A program made the translations under genes and the position numbers. The notes under the pieces were generated by a model. The model was not told where the DNA came from. It did no database searches and worked only from the letters and a program-made list of their open reading frames with translations. A DNA stretch of 63,101 nucleotides, the filler included, from Jimgerdemannia flammicorona (Eukaryota): the NCBI GenBank assembly GCA_003990765.1. It is 2 parts of 2 records of this genome, joined end to end, with 100 filler letters (N's around TTAATTAATTAA, not from the genome) between each part and the next. Parts side by side here need not be neighbours in the genome. Positions count along the whole stretch, not along the records: positions 31,606 to 63,101 come from RBNJ01000393.1; 1 more part is not named here. One strand, written 5' to 3'. This document shows, piece by piece, positions 39,411 to 52,157 of this stretch; position 1 is the first letter of the stretch, and the number at the start of each line of letters is the position of its first letter.

Positions 39411-39578
39411 GAAGAATACAAAGTTGAATAAATCCTCAACAAACGTGGTAACAAGAACCATCCTGAGTACCTTGTCAAATGGAAAGGTTACCTGATCCAT
39501 GATGCAACCTGGGAACCCAAGACCAATCTTCAGAATGCTACCGACCTAGTTCAGAAATATGATTCCTTGAACAACTAG
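39411..39578 (+). pseudogene. Integrase C-terminal chromodomain of C1
   Basis: EEYKVE*ILNKRGNKNHPEYLVKWKGYLIHDATWEPKTNLQNA; a second copy lies at ~42120-42287. Confidence 0.9.
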
Positions 39579-40004
39579 AACCAAATATTCCGCACCCATC
39601 TATACATACTATATATTACCCTCCTGAACATTATAACTATCACGAACCAAGTCAAGAACTCAGCAAAACAAGACAAGAATACCAACCCTCTGGAAAAATA
39701 GCAAAACTGAAAGCAAGCCTATTCTCCCCATACCACTGGTGGGAAACAAGGCATAGACATTTAAGAAGATTCCTTAGAGGAAATTCTCCAGCAGTGAATG
39801 ACATCAGAATCACTTCCGGTGCACGGCATTGAACACATGACCCTTTAACATGTGAATCCAACACATTAGGCAACTGTACTATGAGCATGTTACTTTCTGA
39901 AAAAAATGGACCTTACCAGACTTTTGATCTCCTAAATGGTATAACAACACTAGAACAAATTAAAAGGCCCTGACAAGGATGTTGAAAGCTAAGAAGGGGA
40001 GAGT

Positions 40005-42067
40005 TGTAAGCGCACAACCTCCAAGCCACCGAAATTACACGTCACCCTCTGAACAAGCCACTGAAATTACACGCAACCTCCAAACAAATCTGAAAATCAC
40101 CTGCTTGATCACAAAGCTGAGTCAAACTGAAGTCACAGTACACAAAGCTGAGTCAATACGAAGTCACAGAACACAAGATATATACAAACGGAACCTTACC
40201 AATCAGGACCAAATGCATATATACTGAGCACCGAGACGCATCGAATTAGAGGACCAAAACAAACAACAACCACAACTTCCAAACACACAAACATGACTAC
40301 AGAGATCTACAACCGCATCTGCGCTGACATTTGGAATGCCATTGTCAACTGAGCCACATCCCCTCTGCCCCTCATGAATATCCATAGCCTGGCACCCCTC
40401 TACTTCATAGAAGCCCAATGGAACGCCCTGAACATGCTTAGCGAGGCCCACCGAATCGGACAAATCTCAAGCTACTACCAGATCGGCCGCCTCCTAGAAG
40501 ATATGGTCGAACACCATCATGATATAGACATTACCCAGATGTCTCAACACCAGAAGCTCATCGCCCGCAAACATCGAGAACTCTTCTATGAGTACAACAC
40601 CTTTATTCCCCACCTCCGAGTCACTACCAGCGAAATGGTTGCTACCCTGTCCTATGGCCAAATCAATGATATGATACAAGAACTCAACTGCAAGTACCTC
40701 GAATACATCCAGATCACAGACAGAACCTTCCCACACTCTGATGACCATATCCTGCAAATGCCTCAAGTCGGATACGCCATGAAGGATGTCTACGATATAA
40801 TCCACTTCGACGAAGATGAAGCAGAAGACAATGATCCCTCTGACGCCAACATGACCTCTAGCCAAGGATCTCTACCAACCCTGATCACTCTGCCAACCTT
40901 GCCGATGAACTTACAACAGTTCATAACTGCATACGAGACTTATTGGGACAATGACCACTGGCACGAATACCAACCTGCATTCATCCCCGATTACTTCAAT
41001 TATAATGAAGAGACCAGAGAACACAACCTGTACCTCCAGACAACCCTCGAGATCGAACCAACAACCCCACCACCTGAGTACGAGCAATATGAACTATAGC
41101 CACCAGCTTACTACAACCCTGTGACTCATAGTACTGTAACCTATAGAAGATACGCAGATAGCAAATCCGATGAAAGTGAAGACAATACACCCATCCTTCG
41201 CCCACCAACACCTTATCCAGCATACGAAACAGACGATGCTATTCTGTGGGATAGAGATGAAGTTCCAATGTATTACTACCTCAGCCAACAAGGAGAAGTA
41301 ATCCGCGAACCACTCTTCCTAGATGACTACTTCATCAGAGATGATGCAATCGATGATGATATCATCGAAGACTACCCAGACAGTACCTAAACCCATAAAT
41401 AGCCTAGCAGTCATAGTATAGTTAGATTAGCCTTGTATGACGTGACTGTGAACTGACTCAGCAGTCAGATGATCTCTTGACATATCAGATCACACTTGTA
41501 CTACGTGACTGCATTCCGACTCAGCAAAGCACTTAGTGCTACATCCATATTCAGTATAGTCCAGATAGCCCCTCACTAGTATAAATACCCCCTCCCCCAA
41601 ACCTCAGAATCTCAGACTTGAATAATCCGAATACAACTCCTGAGTACTTCCCCACAATACCCCTTTACACAAATACTCCTAGTATAGCAAATCATGAATA
41701 GCAAATAAACCTATTCCATAACCCACAAACCACTCTTAAGTAAATCCGCTCCCTGTTAGGTCCTACTCCTAACCCCATCACGAAATTTCCTAATTGGGTA
41801 TTGTCTGCAGCGATACGCCAATTCAACTAAGCTGGTCTTAGTTTCTTGAACTTCCTGAAATACGGAAAATCCTGAACATCCAGAACTAGTTCGGAAAAGG
41901 ACTTTGGTTGAGACGTCAACCCGATCTTGAAATCAATAAGCATAGAGGACGTACTTCATACGAAATTGATCTTGACCATAAGAAAACAGTCTTCTAGAAC
42001 ATTCAGAATATCCAGAAAACCCTTCTAGAACTACGTAACGGTTACCCTAAAAAGTAATCCTCTTACA
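40005..42067 (+). repeat. 3' LTR of C1 (2063 bp)
   Basis: TGTAAG...CTTACA inverted termini. TATAAATA at ~41580 and AATAAA at ~41704. Confidence 0.93.
40293..41390 (+). pseudogene. LTR-encoded ORF X of family C (~365 codons)
   Basis: MTTEIYNRICADIW...ISSYYQIGRLLEDM...IARKHRELF...DDDIIEDYPDST. It has only two stops (40350, 41097), and both are sense codons in other C LTR copies. Confidence 0.82.
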
Positions 42068-45000
42068 ATTTCCAAATTGGACCACCAAACCACCTGCACC
42101 TGTTATTATTAATAACCAAGAAGAGTATGAAGTCGAACAAATCCTCAACAAACGTGGCAACAAAAACCATCCTGAGTATCTTGTCAAATGGAAAGATTAC
42201 CTGATCTACGATGCAACCTGGGAACCCAAGACCAATCTCCAGAATGCTACTGACCTAGTTCAGGAATATGATTCCTTGAACAACTAAAACCAAATACTCT
42301 GCACCTATCCATATATACTATATATTACCCTCCTGAACATTATAACTATCACGAACCAAGTCAAGAACTCAGCAAAACAAGACAAGAATACCGAATCTCT
42401 GGAAAAATAGCAAAACTGAAAGCAAGCCTATTCTCCCTATACCACTGGTGGGAAACAAGGTGTAGATATTTAAGAAGATTCCTTAGAGGAAATTCTCTAG
42501 CAGTGAATAACATCAGAATCACTTTCGGTGCATGACATTGAACATATGACCCTTTAATGTGTGAATCCAATGCGTTAGACAACTGTACTATGAGCATGCC
42601 ACTTTCTGAGAAAATGGACCTTACCAGACTTTTGATCTCCCAAATGGTGTAACAACACTAGAACAAATTAGAAGGCCCTGACAAGGACGTCGAAAGCTAA
42701 GAAGGGGAGAGTTGTAAGCACACAACCTCCAAGCCACCGAAATTACATGCGACCTCTGAACAAATCTGGAAATCATCTGCTTGATCATGAAGCTGAGTCA
42801 AACCGAAGTCACAGCGCACAAAGCTAAGTCAATATGAAGTTACAGAACACAAGATCTACACAAATGGAATCTTACCAATCAGGACTAAATGCATATATAC
42901 TGAGCACCAAGATGCGTCGAAACAGAGAACCAAAACAAACAACAACTACAAACTTCCAAATATACAAATATGACCACTGAGATCTACAACTGTATCTGCG
43001 CTGACATTTGGAATACCATTGTCAACTGAGCCACACCCCCTCTGCCCCTCATGAATATCCATAGCCTAGCACCTCTCTACTTCGTGGAAGCCTGATGGAA
43101 TGCTCTGAACATGCTTAGCGAGGCCCACCGAATCAGACAAATATCAAGCTACTACCAGATTGGCCGCCTCTTGGAAGATATGGTCAAACACCATCATGAT
43201 ATGGATATTACCCAGATGTCTCAACACCAGAAGCTCATTGCCTGCAAATATCGAGAACTCTTCTATGAGTATAGTACCGTTATTCTCTGCCTCCGAGTTA
43301 CTACCAGCAAAATGGTTGCTACCCTGTCCTATAGCCAAATCGATGACATGATACAAGAACTCAACCACAAGTACCTTGAGTACGTCGAAACCACAGACAG
43401 AACCTTCCCACACCCCAATGATCAAATCCTGCAAATGTCCCAAGTTGGATATGCCATGAAGGATGTCTACGATATAATTGTCAGAGGATTACTTTTTAGG
43501 GTAGCCGTTATGTAGTTCTGGAAGGGTTTTCTGGATATTCTAGATGTTCTGAAAGACCGTTTTCTTATGGTCAAGATCAATTTCATATGGAGTACATCCT
43601 CTATGCTTATTGATTTCAAGATTGGGTTGACATCTCAACCAAAGTCCTTTTTCGGACTAGTTCTGGATGTTCAGGATTTTCCGTATTTCAGGAAGTTCAA
43701 GTAACTAAGACCAGCTTAGTTGAATTGGCGTATCGCTGCAGACAATACCCAATTAGGAAATTTCGTGATAGGGTTAGGAGTAGGACCTAACAGAGAGCAG
43801 ATTTACTTAAGAGTGGTTTGTGGGTTATGGAATAGGTTTATTTGCTTTTCATGATATTACTATACTAGGAGTAGTTGTGTAAAGGAATATTGTGGGAAAG
43901 TGCTCAGGAGTTGTGTTTGGATTGTTCAAGTCTGAGATTCTGAGGTCTGGGGGAGGGGGTATTTATACTAGTGAGGGGCTATCTGGACTATGCTGAATAT
44001 GGATATAGCACTAAGTGCCTTGCTGAGTCGGAATGCAGTCACATAGTATAAGCGTGATCTGACATGTCAAGAGATCGTCTGACTGCTGAGTCAGTTCACA
44101 GTCACGTCATACAAGGCTAATCTATCTATACTATGACTGCTAGACTATTTATAGGTTTAGGCACTATCTGGGTAGTCTTCGATGACATCACCATCGATTG
44201 CATCATCTCTGATGAAGTAGTCATCTAGGAAGAGTGGTTCACGGATTACTTCTCCTTGTTGGCTGAGGTAGTAATACATTGGAACTTTATCTCTGTCCCA
44301 TAGGATAGCATCGTCTGTTTCGTATGCTAGATAAGGTGTTGGTGGGTGAAGGATGGGTGTATTGTCTTCGCTTTCATCAGATTCACTGTCTACATACCTT
44401 CTATAGGTTACAGCACTATGAGTGCGGGGTTGTAGTAAGCTGGCGGCTGTGGTTCATGTTACTCATACTCAGGTGGTGGGGTTGTTGGTTCGATCTCGAG
44501 GGTTGTCTGGAGGTACAGGTTGTGTTCTCCAGTCTCTTCATTGTAGTTGAAGTAATCGGGAGTGAACGCGGGTTAGTATTCATGCCAGTGATCATTATCC
44601 CAATAAGTCTCGTATGCAGTTATGAACTGTTGTAAGTTCATTGGCAAGGTTGGCAGAGTGATCAGGGTTGACAGAGATCCTTGGCTAGAGGTCATGTCGG
44701 CATCAGAGGGATCATTGTCTTCTGCTTCATCTTCATCGAAGTGGATTATATCGTAGACGTCCTTCATGGCGTATCCAACTTGAGGCATTTGCAGGATGTA
44801 GTCATCAGGGTGCGGGAAGGTTCTGTCTGTGGTTTCGACATACTCAAGGTACTTGTGGTTGAGTTCTTGTATCATGTCATCGATTTGGCTGTAGGACAGG
44901 GTAGTAACCATTTCGCTGGTAGTGACTCGGAGGTGGGAAATAAAGGTATTGTACTCATAGAAGAGTTCTCGATGTTTGCAGGCGATGAGCTTCTGGTGTT

Positions 45001-46754
45001 GAGACATCTGGGTAATGTCTGTATCATGGTGGTGTTCGACCATGTCTTCCAGGAGGTGGCCAATCTGGTAGTAGCTTGAGATTTGTCCAATTCGGTGGGC
45101 CTCACTAAGCATGTTCAGGGCGTTTCATCGGGCTTCCATGAAGTAGAGGGGTGCCAGGCTATGGATATTCATGAGGGGCAGAGGGGGTATAGCTCGGTTG
45201 ACAATAGCATTCCAAATGTCAGCGCAGATGCGGTTGTAGATCTCAGTGGTCATGTTTGTATGTTTGGAAGTTGTAGTTGTTGTTTGTTTTGGTTCTCTGA
45301 TTCGACATGTCTCAGTACTCAGTATATATGTATTTAGTCCTGATTGATAAGGTTCCGTTTGTATAGATCTTGTGTTCTGTGACTTCATATTGACTCAGCT
45401 TTGTGCGCTGTGACTTCGGTTTGACTCAGCTTCGTGATCAAGCAGATTTGTTCGGAGGTCGCATGTGATTTCAGTGGCTTGGAGGTTGTGCACTTACAAT
45501 AATCCACTTCGATGAAGACGAAGCAGAAGACAATAATCCCTCTGATGCTGATATGACCTCTAGCTAAGGATCTCTGCCAACCCTGATCACTCCACCAACC
45601 TTGCCGATGAAACTGCATATGAGACTTATTGGGACAATGACCACTGGCACGAATACCAACCCGCATTCTCCCCCGATTACTTCAACTACAATGAAGAGAC
45701 CGGAGAACACAACCTGTACCTCCAGACAACCCTCGAGATTGAACCAACCACTCCACCACCTGAGTATGAGCAATATGAACCACAGCCGCTAGCTTACTAC
45801 AATCCTGCAACTCATAGTGCTGTAATCTATAGAAGGTATGCAGACAGTGAATCCGATGAAAGCGAAGACAATACACCCATCCTTCGTCCACCAACACCTT
45901 ATCCAGCCTATGAGACAGACGATGCTATCCTGTGGGATAGAGATGAAGTCCCAATGTATTACTACCTCAGCCAACAAGGAGAAGTAATCCGCAAACCACT
46001 CTTCCTAGACAACTACTTCATCAGAGATGATGCAATCGATGGTAATGTCATCGAAGACTACCCAGATAGTGCCTAAACCTATAAATAGTCTAACAGTCAT
46101 AGTATAGATAGATTAGCCTTATATGACGTGACTGTGAACTGACTCAGCAGTCAGATGATCTCTTGACATATCAGATCACACTTATACTACGTGACTGCAT
46201 TCCGACTCAGCAAGGCACTTAGTGCTACATCCATATTCAGCATAGTCCAGATAACCTCTCACTAGTATAAATACCCCCTCCCCCAGACCTCAGAATCTCA
46301 GACTTGAACAATCCAAACACAACTCCTGAGTACTTCCCCACAATATTCCTTCACACAACTACTCCTAGTATAGCAATATCATGAATAGCAAATAAACCTA
46401 TTCTATTTCCCACAAACCACTCTTAAGTAAATCTGCTCTCTGTTAGGTCCCACTCCTAACCCGTCACGAAATTTCCTAATTGGGTATTGTCTGCAGTGAT
46501 ACGCCAATTCAACTAAGCTGGTCTTAGTTTCTTGAACTTCCTGAAATACGAAAAATCCTGAACATCCAGAACTAGTCCGAAAAAGGACTTTGGTTGAGAC
46601 ATCAACCCAATCTTGAAATCAATAAGTGTAGAGGATGTACTCCATATGAAATTGATCTTGACCATAAAGAAAACGGTCTTCCAGAACATCCAGAATATCC
46701 AGAAAACCCTCCCAGAACTATGTAATGGTCACCCTAAAAAGTAACCCTCTTACA
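42068..46754 (+). mobile_element. C2: 3' part of a second family-C copy (chromodomain, PPT, 3' LTR 42713-46754 interrupted)
   Basis: 42068-42712 duplicates 39359-40004. The LTR starts TGTAAG at 42713 and ends CTTACA at 46754. Confidence 0.9.
43479..45498 (-). mobile_element. Inverted solo LTR of family C inserted inside the C2 LTR
   Basis: Full reverse-complement LTR with an ATAAT TSD at 43474-43478 and 45499-45503. It splits ORF X at YDII|HFDEDE. Confidence 0.93.
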
Positions 46755-46978
46755 GTTTTTGGAGTATTTTTTTTTTTTTTTTTTTTCCCTTTCCCTTTCC
46801 GACATCGAGCATGTGCATTTCGAGACGTGACGATCGCGTTAATAACAGGAGAGCGACAAATATTTATTAGTAACGCAAAGCGGAAAGAAATGCACGAGAT
46901 GTTTATAAAACATAGATACTGCATGATGCAGACGCGAAAGGAAATTGTACGGATGTGAAGAGTTCAAATGACGGCATA

Positions 46979-49900
46979 TTATTCATTGCAAGTTGAGATA
47001 CAGTACTGATTCTCCAAAACCGGTGTAACCATTGACTCCGCCGTAACATCGATCCCCAACTCCGCCGCCACAACCTCAGGCTTTTGGTTTTCGAGGATCC
47101 ATGCCATGCCCGGCCTCGTAGACAGCTTATTCAGCGTGTGCTCCCAAAATTCCCCTAGCCGCTCGGCGTTCATGCAGAACTCCTCAAAGTTCCGCCTCAG
47201 CGTGTCCGGGTGCGGCGGAGGGTTGGTAGGCCGCAGGACAGACACGTGTGATGTGTAGAGGCGATTGCACACCCAGAAAAAACCTTCGCCCGGGGGCGCG
47301 ACCTGAACGAAGGCTACGCCAGATACGTGCACGTACTGGTCGTAGCGGCACACCGTCTTGAGATATGTGTACTTGAGCTGGATGTTCTTGGGGAACCGGG
47401 TGTCGGCCTCGACGTCGAGGACAAAGCCATGGTGCTTGGCGAGCTCCGTCTCGAAGAAGAGGTGCGGGATCTCGATTTGTGGGTGCAGGCGTCGCAGCGA
47501 CGTCGGAATTTCGGGCGGTGGGACAGCCAGACGTATCAGTGCAGGGCACTGGAACGGGTTGCCATTCTCGGTCTCGGCGTACGCTTGGTCCACCGACGCT
47601 TCGATGAGCTTGAGTCCCCAGCGCTCAGCCGTGTGCGCCCATGAGCGCAGTAGATCATTGATCAACTGCGCGTTGCAGCCAAGCCAGTTGAGTTGAAAGT
47701 GATAACAATTGCGGACGTTATGGACGGTGTCGTAGTGCAAGAAAGCCGTCTCGCGACGGTTGCTTTTTTTATTCAGATCAACGTCAATGATCATCTGCTT
47801 GGTCATCTCGAATGTTGGCGGCTGATCGTTCTTGTTAAGCTCTGTCAACGACAAGGTGCTCGATGACGGCCGCGGCGACGTCGTGATCTCGGGCAGGTTT
47901 GTCTTCTCGGACATGATCCCTTCCTTTGGGGGTACGGTGGAGGAGACGGCATTCGGCGCCGTCGCCTTCCGAACCCCGCTGAACCACGCCCGCGTCTTTG
48001 GCGCGTACTCGCTCTTGAGCTGGTAAAAGTAATGTCCGTCCAAGAACCTATGCCTTTTCAATGAATGCTCAAACAGCCCCTTCTCCATCAACCGGTTCCC
48101 GAACGCGACGGCATCCTCGCGCGTATCCACGTCCGCAAACTCACGAATCAACCACTCCACAAACTCGCTCCCCACGAACACGTTCTCGAACAGGCGGACA
48201 TGCCACCGAGTGGTTTGCATCTTAACCCCCGCCACCGGGCTTTGCATCGCCGTGGCGATCACGGGAAGCGTCGCGTCGCGGTTCAGCAGCTGGCTGCCCA
48301 GCGGTGCAATCGAGCCACGGCGCAGCGAGGCGGGTCCGCCGGAGATGGTTCCCTCGGGCACGGCGCGAGCAGGGCGTACCTCGTTCAAGATGTAGGCTGT
48401 CGGGTCCATAGTTGTGTATTGCAACCCGAGATCCAAATTCAACTCCTTCCTCTTTTTCTTCTTCATTTCCTCGCGTTCCCGTGGCGACAACCACTCCGCC
48501 CTCCGGAAACCCTGCAAGAAGTTCCGGAAATATTCCAGCCGCAACTCCTCATCATCCAGCCTGTCGCTTGTCCCTACCCCGGCAAATTGGCTCGGCGCCG
48601 CAGGAAGCGTCTCCATGGGGATTAGAAGAAATCGAGCGCGCCAGTACCGGAGATCGTCCGTCAGCTCATGCCGGTGCCCGGCGACGAGGTAATCGAGGTA
48701 GTTCCATATGGAACTCAGATTCGGGTAGCTGAACGTTACCTCCTTAACTCGGTATCCGCCAAGCTGGCGCGGCCAGACGAAGCTCGAGTAACTCATGGGC
48801 GTGTTGGCGTAGTTGATGTTGCGGACGTAGCGTGTGACCATGACCTTCTGCCCGGTGGCGTCATAGCCGAGCTTGTGGACGTGATGACCCATAGACAAGT
48901 AATAGGGCGGGACGGAGATTGTAGTGGGCGGTTTAATCTCCAAGCCGCCGTCCGGGAGGCTTTCGCCCGCCACCGTCGGTAGCGTGTTCGGCAGGCTCAT
49001 CGTTTCGCCGCTACCGACCGAGACGCCAGCGTCACTTCTAACAAAAAAATTCTTGTCCTTGTCGACCGTGCTGGCATGTTGCGCCACAGCGGCGGGAACA
49101 ATGAGCTGGAATCCTTGCGCCAGACGCTGGGACATGAGTTCCGTGAGTAGATTCTCAGTCCTCTTCTGATCCGACAGATCTCCGGCCTGGTACAGATTCA
49201 CGTCCTCACTCGCCGACACCGACACAGTATACGTGAACTTGCGATAGCACCTGGCAAGCTCCTCGGCGGACGGGAAATAGTCTGTAGTCAGGGGCAGACA
49301 TGCGGGCGTGCACATGGACACCCAGTGCACAATGGGCGCACCGGGTTGGCTCGGTGTCGGCAGAGCGTGCTGCCACCGACGGAGGTGCGAAGTGAACGGG
49401 TGCATGTTCTTGGACGGGTTGCACGGGTTGATGGTCGCGGCCTGCTTCGTCGTGTGGCGGAGTTGCGGCGAGTGACTGGGCAAGAGAGAGGTGGTAGGGA
49501 ACGAGTAGGAGGTGGTAGGGGACGAGCGGGGCCCGCCGAGCATCGGATTGGACATGCTGGGATCGCGACGGCTCTCGGGCGACTGTTTCGGAATTGGCAT
49601 CGCCTGCATGGCGCTGGGGCTCGATTCGTCGTCCTCCGCGGCAGTAGGCGTCGTGTTCCTTCCACCCAACAGTGCGGTCGGGCTACTCGCCGTGTTCCTC
49701 CTTGTCAGCTCCCTCCCCTTCGTCACTTCATGTGTCTCGTATAATGGCATGGCCCCGTGCAATGTGAAGAACCCCTCATCCTGTGAAGCCCTCGCGACGA
49801 CCTTGTTCGTGCCGGCGCCGTCGGGTGTTTCCGGAGACAACACCCTCGGCCAGAATGGCGTCATGGGCGCGCTGGAGCTCAACTTGGATACGTTCAAGTC

Positions 49901-52157
49901 CTCCCGATCTTCGGCCCAGAAAAGCGTCTCAGTGACGTCCATAGAATGCCGCTGGGTCCACTTTCTTGGCGCACCATTCGCGCTGGAGCCGATCTTGGCG
50001 GAGCCCGCGTGAACGTTGGCGATCTGAATCAACGGGGGCGGCGCAATCGGCTCGAGCTTGAAGGGGCGGTGGGAGTCGGGACCGCTGCAGAAGACAACGT
50101 CGTCGTAGCCATCGTAGTCGAATTTACTGGGTTCGCGCGGTTGTAGTAGGTTCGTGACGATGGTGGTCGGAGGGATTGTGCCGTTGAGTTCTCGGCTCGA
50201 ACCAACCGAGTTTGTACGTTTCGAATCCCTTTGTGTTCGACAAGCTTCCTCATCCTCCTCACCCTCATTACCGTCTTCCTCCCCATCAACCTTATCCCCT
50301 CCACCCGCTTCCTCCACCAAATATGGTATCGATATGCTGGCAATCTCATGCTCCATGATCCCCATCATCTGCATCTCGTACATCTTACACCTCGGTACGT
50401 ACTTGTCCGGCTTAACGAACCGAGTCGCGGGGCCAGCGTAATAGCTGACATCAATCCAATGCGGCATCGCGTAGAATGTCTGCGGTGGAGGTAGGTCTTT
50501 AGCTCTCGGGAGGTCGCTTGTGAACCTCACGCCCAGACCCGAAGTCAGTGGGCGCGCCATGTCCGTCGGGGGCACGGCTGGGTCGTCATAATACAACGGA
50601 TCCCAAACATCGAATTTGGGCACCGTCGTCGAGTCCCTTTCCTCTCCCGCCTTGTTCTCGTAACCCTTTGGCACCCTCGCCTTGAACAGGAACAGTGGCA
50701 CGATATGCAACGGCGCTCTACCAAGGCACACTAGATCCAACGTGATCCCATTATCCATCATCCGCTCCGTCGTCATCCGTAGCATTCTCCTCTCAACGTT
50801 GAATTTGCCCAACCCGGGAGTGATCATGACGATGGCCAGTCCCGTTCGCATGAGGTCGCGGTCGACATGATGCCGATCGAAGGGGTTCAGCACCATGTTC
50901 ACCGCCTCTAGTACGTTGCCCTCGAATGCCAACGAGTTCCGCCCGCACAACACCGCGTACCCTCGCGCGTCACGCCGCATCAAAATCTCACGCTGGAACA
51001 GCAGAAACTCCTCTTTCAGCTGCTCGATGATCGTCATCCAGTCCGCGCGCGCCTCCCAGTCAGCGATCACCTTGTAGAAGTCGCGGTAGAGCTGGCCAGA
51101 CTCGTCCATACCGAGGCCTTGGTCACCTACGACCTCGGCAACGTCGTTGGTTGAGTAGAGGATTCGGGTGAAGAGGACAATGGAGACAATGTGGTTCGTG
51201 CCTTGGTGGCTCCACTGGTGGAAAAGGTCGGGGAGGAAGCTGTGAACAGCTTTCTCGAAGAAGAGGTCACCATCTTCGTCGAAATCCCACATCTCTCTGC
51301 ACATATGGATGAGGATGAAGAACTTGGCGGATTCGGAGCGGAAGATGAAATGTGTACCGTCGGTCACGTAGCCGGAGGTGACCTATTGTGAGGGAAGAAA
51401 GGGTGAGCTGCCGTATAAATGCGGTCACGAATTTTCCGTACCTGTAACACTCTACCATCCCGTCCTGTGGTCTCCGCACATCAACGTGTATCATCCACGT
51501 GGATCATCCACATACCAGCTTATTCTTCGAATGTATCCTCTTCACCTGCGCCCTAATGCACCCTGAGAATACAAGCTGCTTTCCCTCGTATACGCATGTG
51601 CCTTTCAGGCTCTGCTTGAGCCGCCACATGTCCGTGCGACCAACATACTGGTCTTTGAAGGAGAGCTGGAGGTGGTCGACAGCGACGGTTTCAGGTTCAA
51701 CCTGTCGAATAAGCAGTAGCGCGACTCGTCAGAATGACGGAGGAAACGACATAGAGAGGAGAAGAATGGGGAGAAACGAGGGCTTACAGGATATACGCAT
51801 ACGTCAGTGCGAGCGCGGAGGTTGAATTTTTGTGCAATCTCTGTGGCTATCGAAATCTGGAAAAGCCAGGTGAGACGAGTTAAACACTGGGGCCGCCAGC
51901 CAAACAGGCTAGCGGACGCGGAGTAAGCGAGAAAGGCGACAACTCACGTGCAGCTGTGGCTGTTTTTCGAGAGCGAGGACCTGGACGATGCACCTGGCAT
52001 CCTCTGGTGTCGTGTCTACACCGCCGGATGTGGTTGGATGATATAGTGCAAGTAGCTGACCTTCTTTGATTCCTGGGAAGTGGTCTGGGTTCACGACAAC
52101 GTCTTTCGTGAAAGATTTGTGGTGGATCCAAAGATGTCGGATGAGGGGGGTGACCAT
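46979..52157 (-). CDS. IML1: GATOR1/SEACIT subunit Iml1 (DEPDC5 orthologue)
   Basis: Exons ~52157-51948, 51856-51788, 51701-51516 and 51382-46979 with GT-AG introns. Motifs FKDQYVGRTDMWR, IFRSESAKF..IHMCREMWDFD, LEAVN, RRWQH, PACLPLTTDYFP, QRLAQGFQ, and a DEP domain (FVGSEFVEWL..FLDGHYFYQL). Confidence 0.96.

Larger units (their letters stand above)
33696..39578 (+). pseudogene. C1 single-frame polyprotein with many premature stops
   Basis: All pieces (34446, 34908, 35511, 36036, 37080, 37656, 38811) share one frame. Motifs: LSLPTFNGT capsid, (C>Y)[52 protein letters not shown]. Confidence 0.9.
31606..42067 (+). mobile_element. Chromovirus element C1 (gag-dUTPase-PR-RT-RH-IN-chromodomain); 5' LTR start lost in the gap
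   Basis: 5' LTR ends CTTACA at 33483. PBS TGGTAGCAGTGG. PPT AAGAAGGGGAGAG at 39991-40003. 3' LTR TGTAAG...CTTACA at 40005-42067. Confidence 0.94.

Noticed and set aside
39600..39990. ~110-codon open stretch between the chromodomain stop and PPT in C
   Set aside because: It has no clear start codon, and the C2 copy has an indel breaking the frame.
47184..51077. Numerous overlapping ORFs within IML1, and similar ones over the SDR and 58-62 kb genes
   Set aside because: These are antisense or alternative-frame shadows of GC-rich coding sequence.
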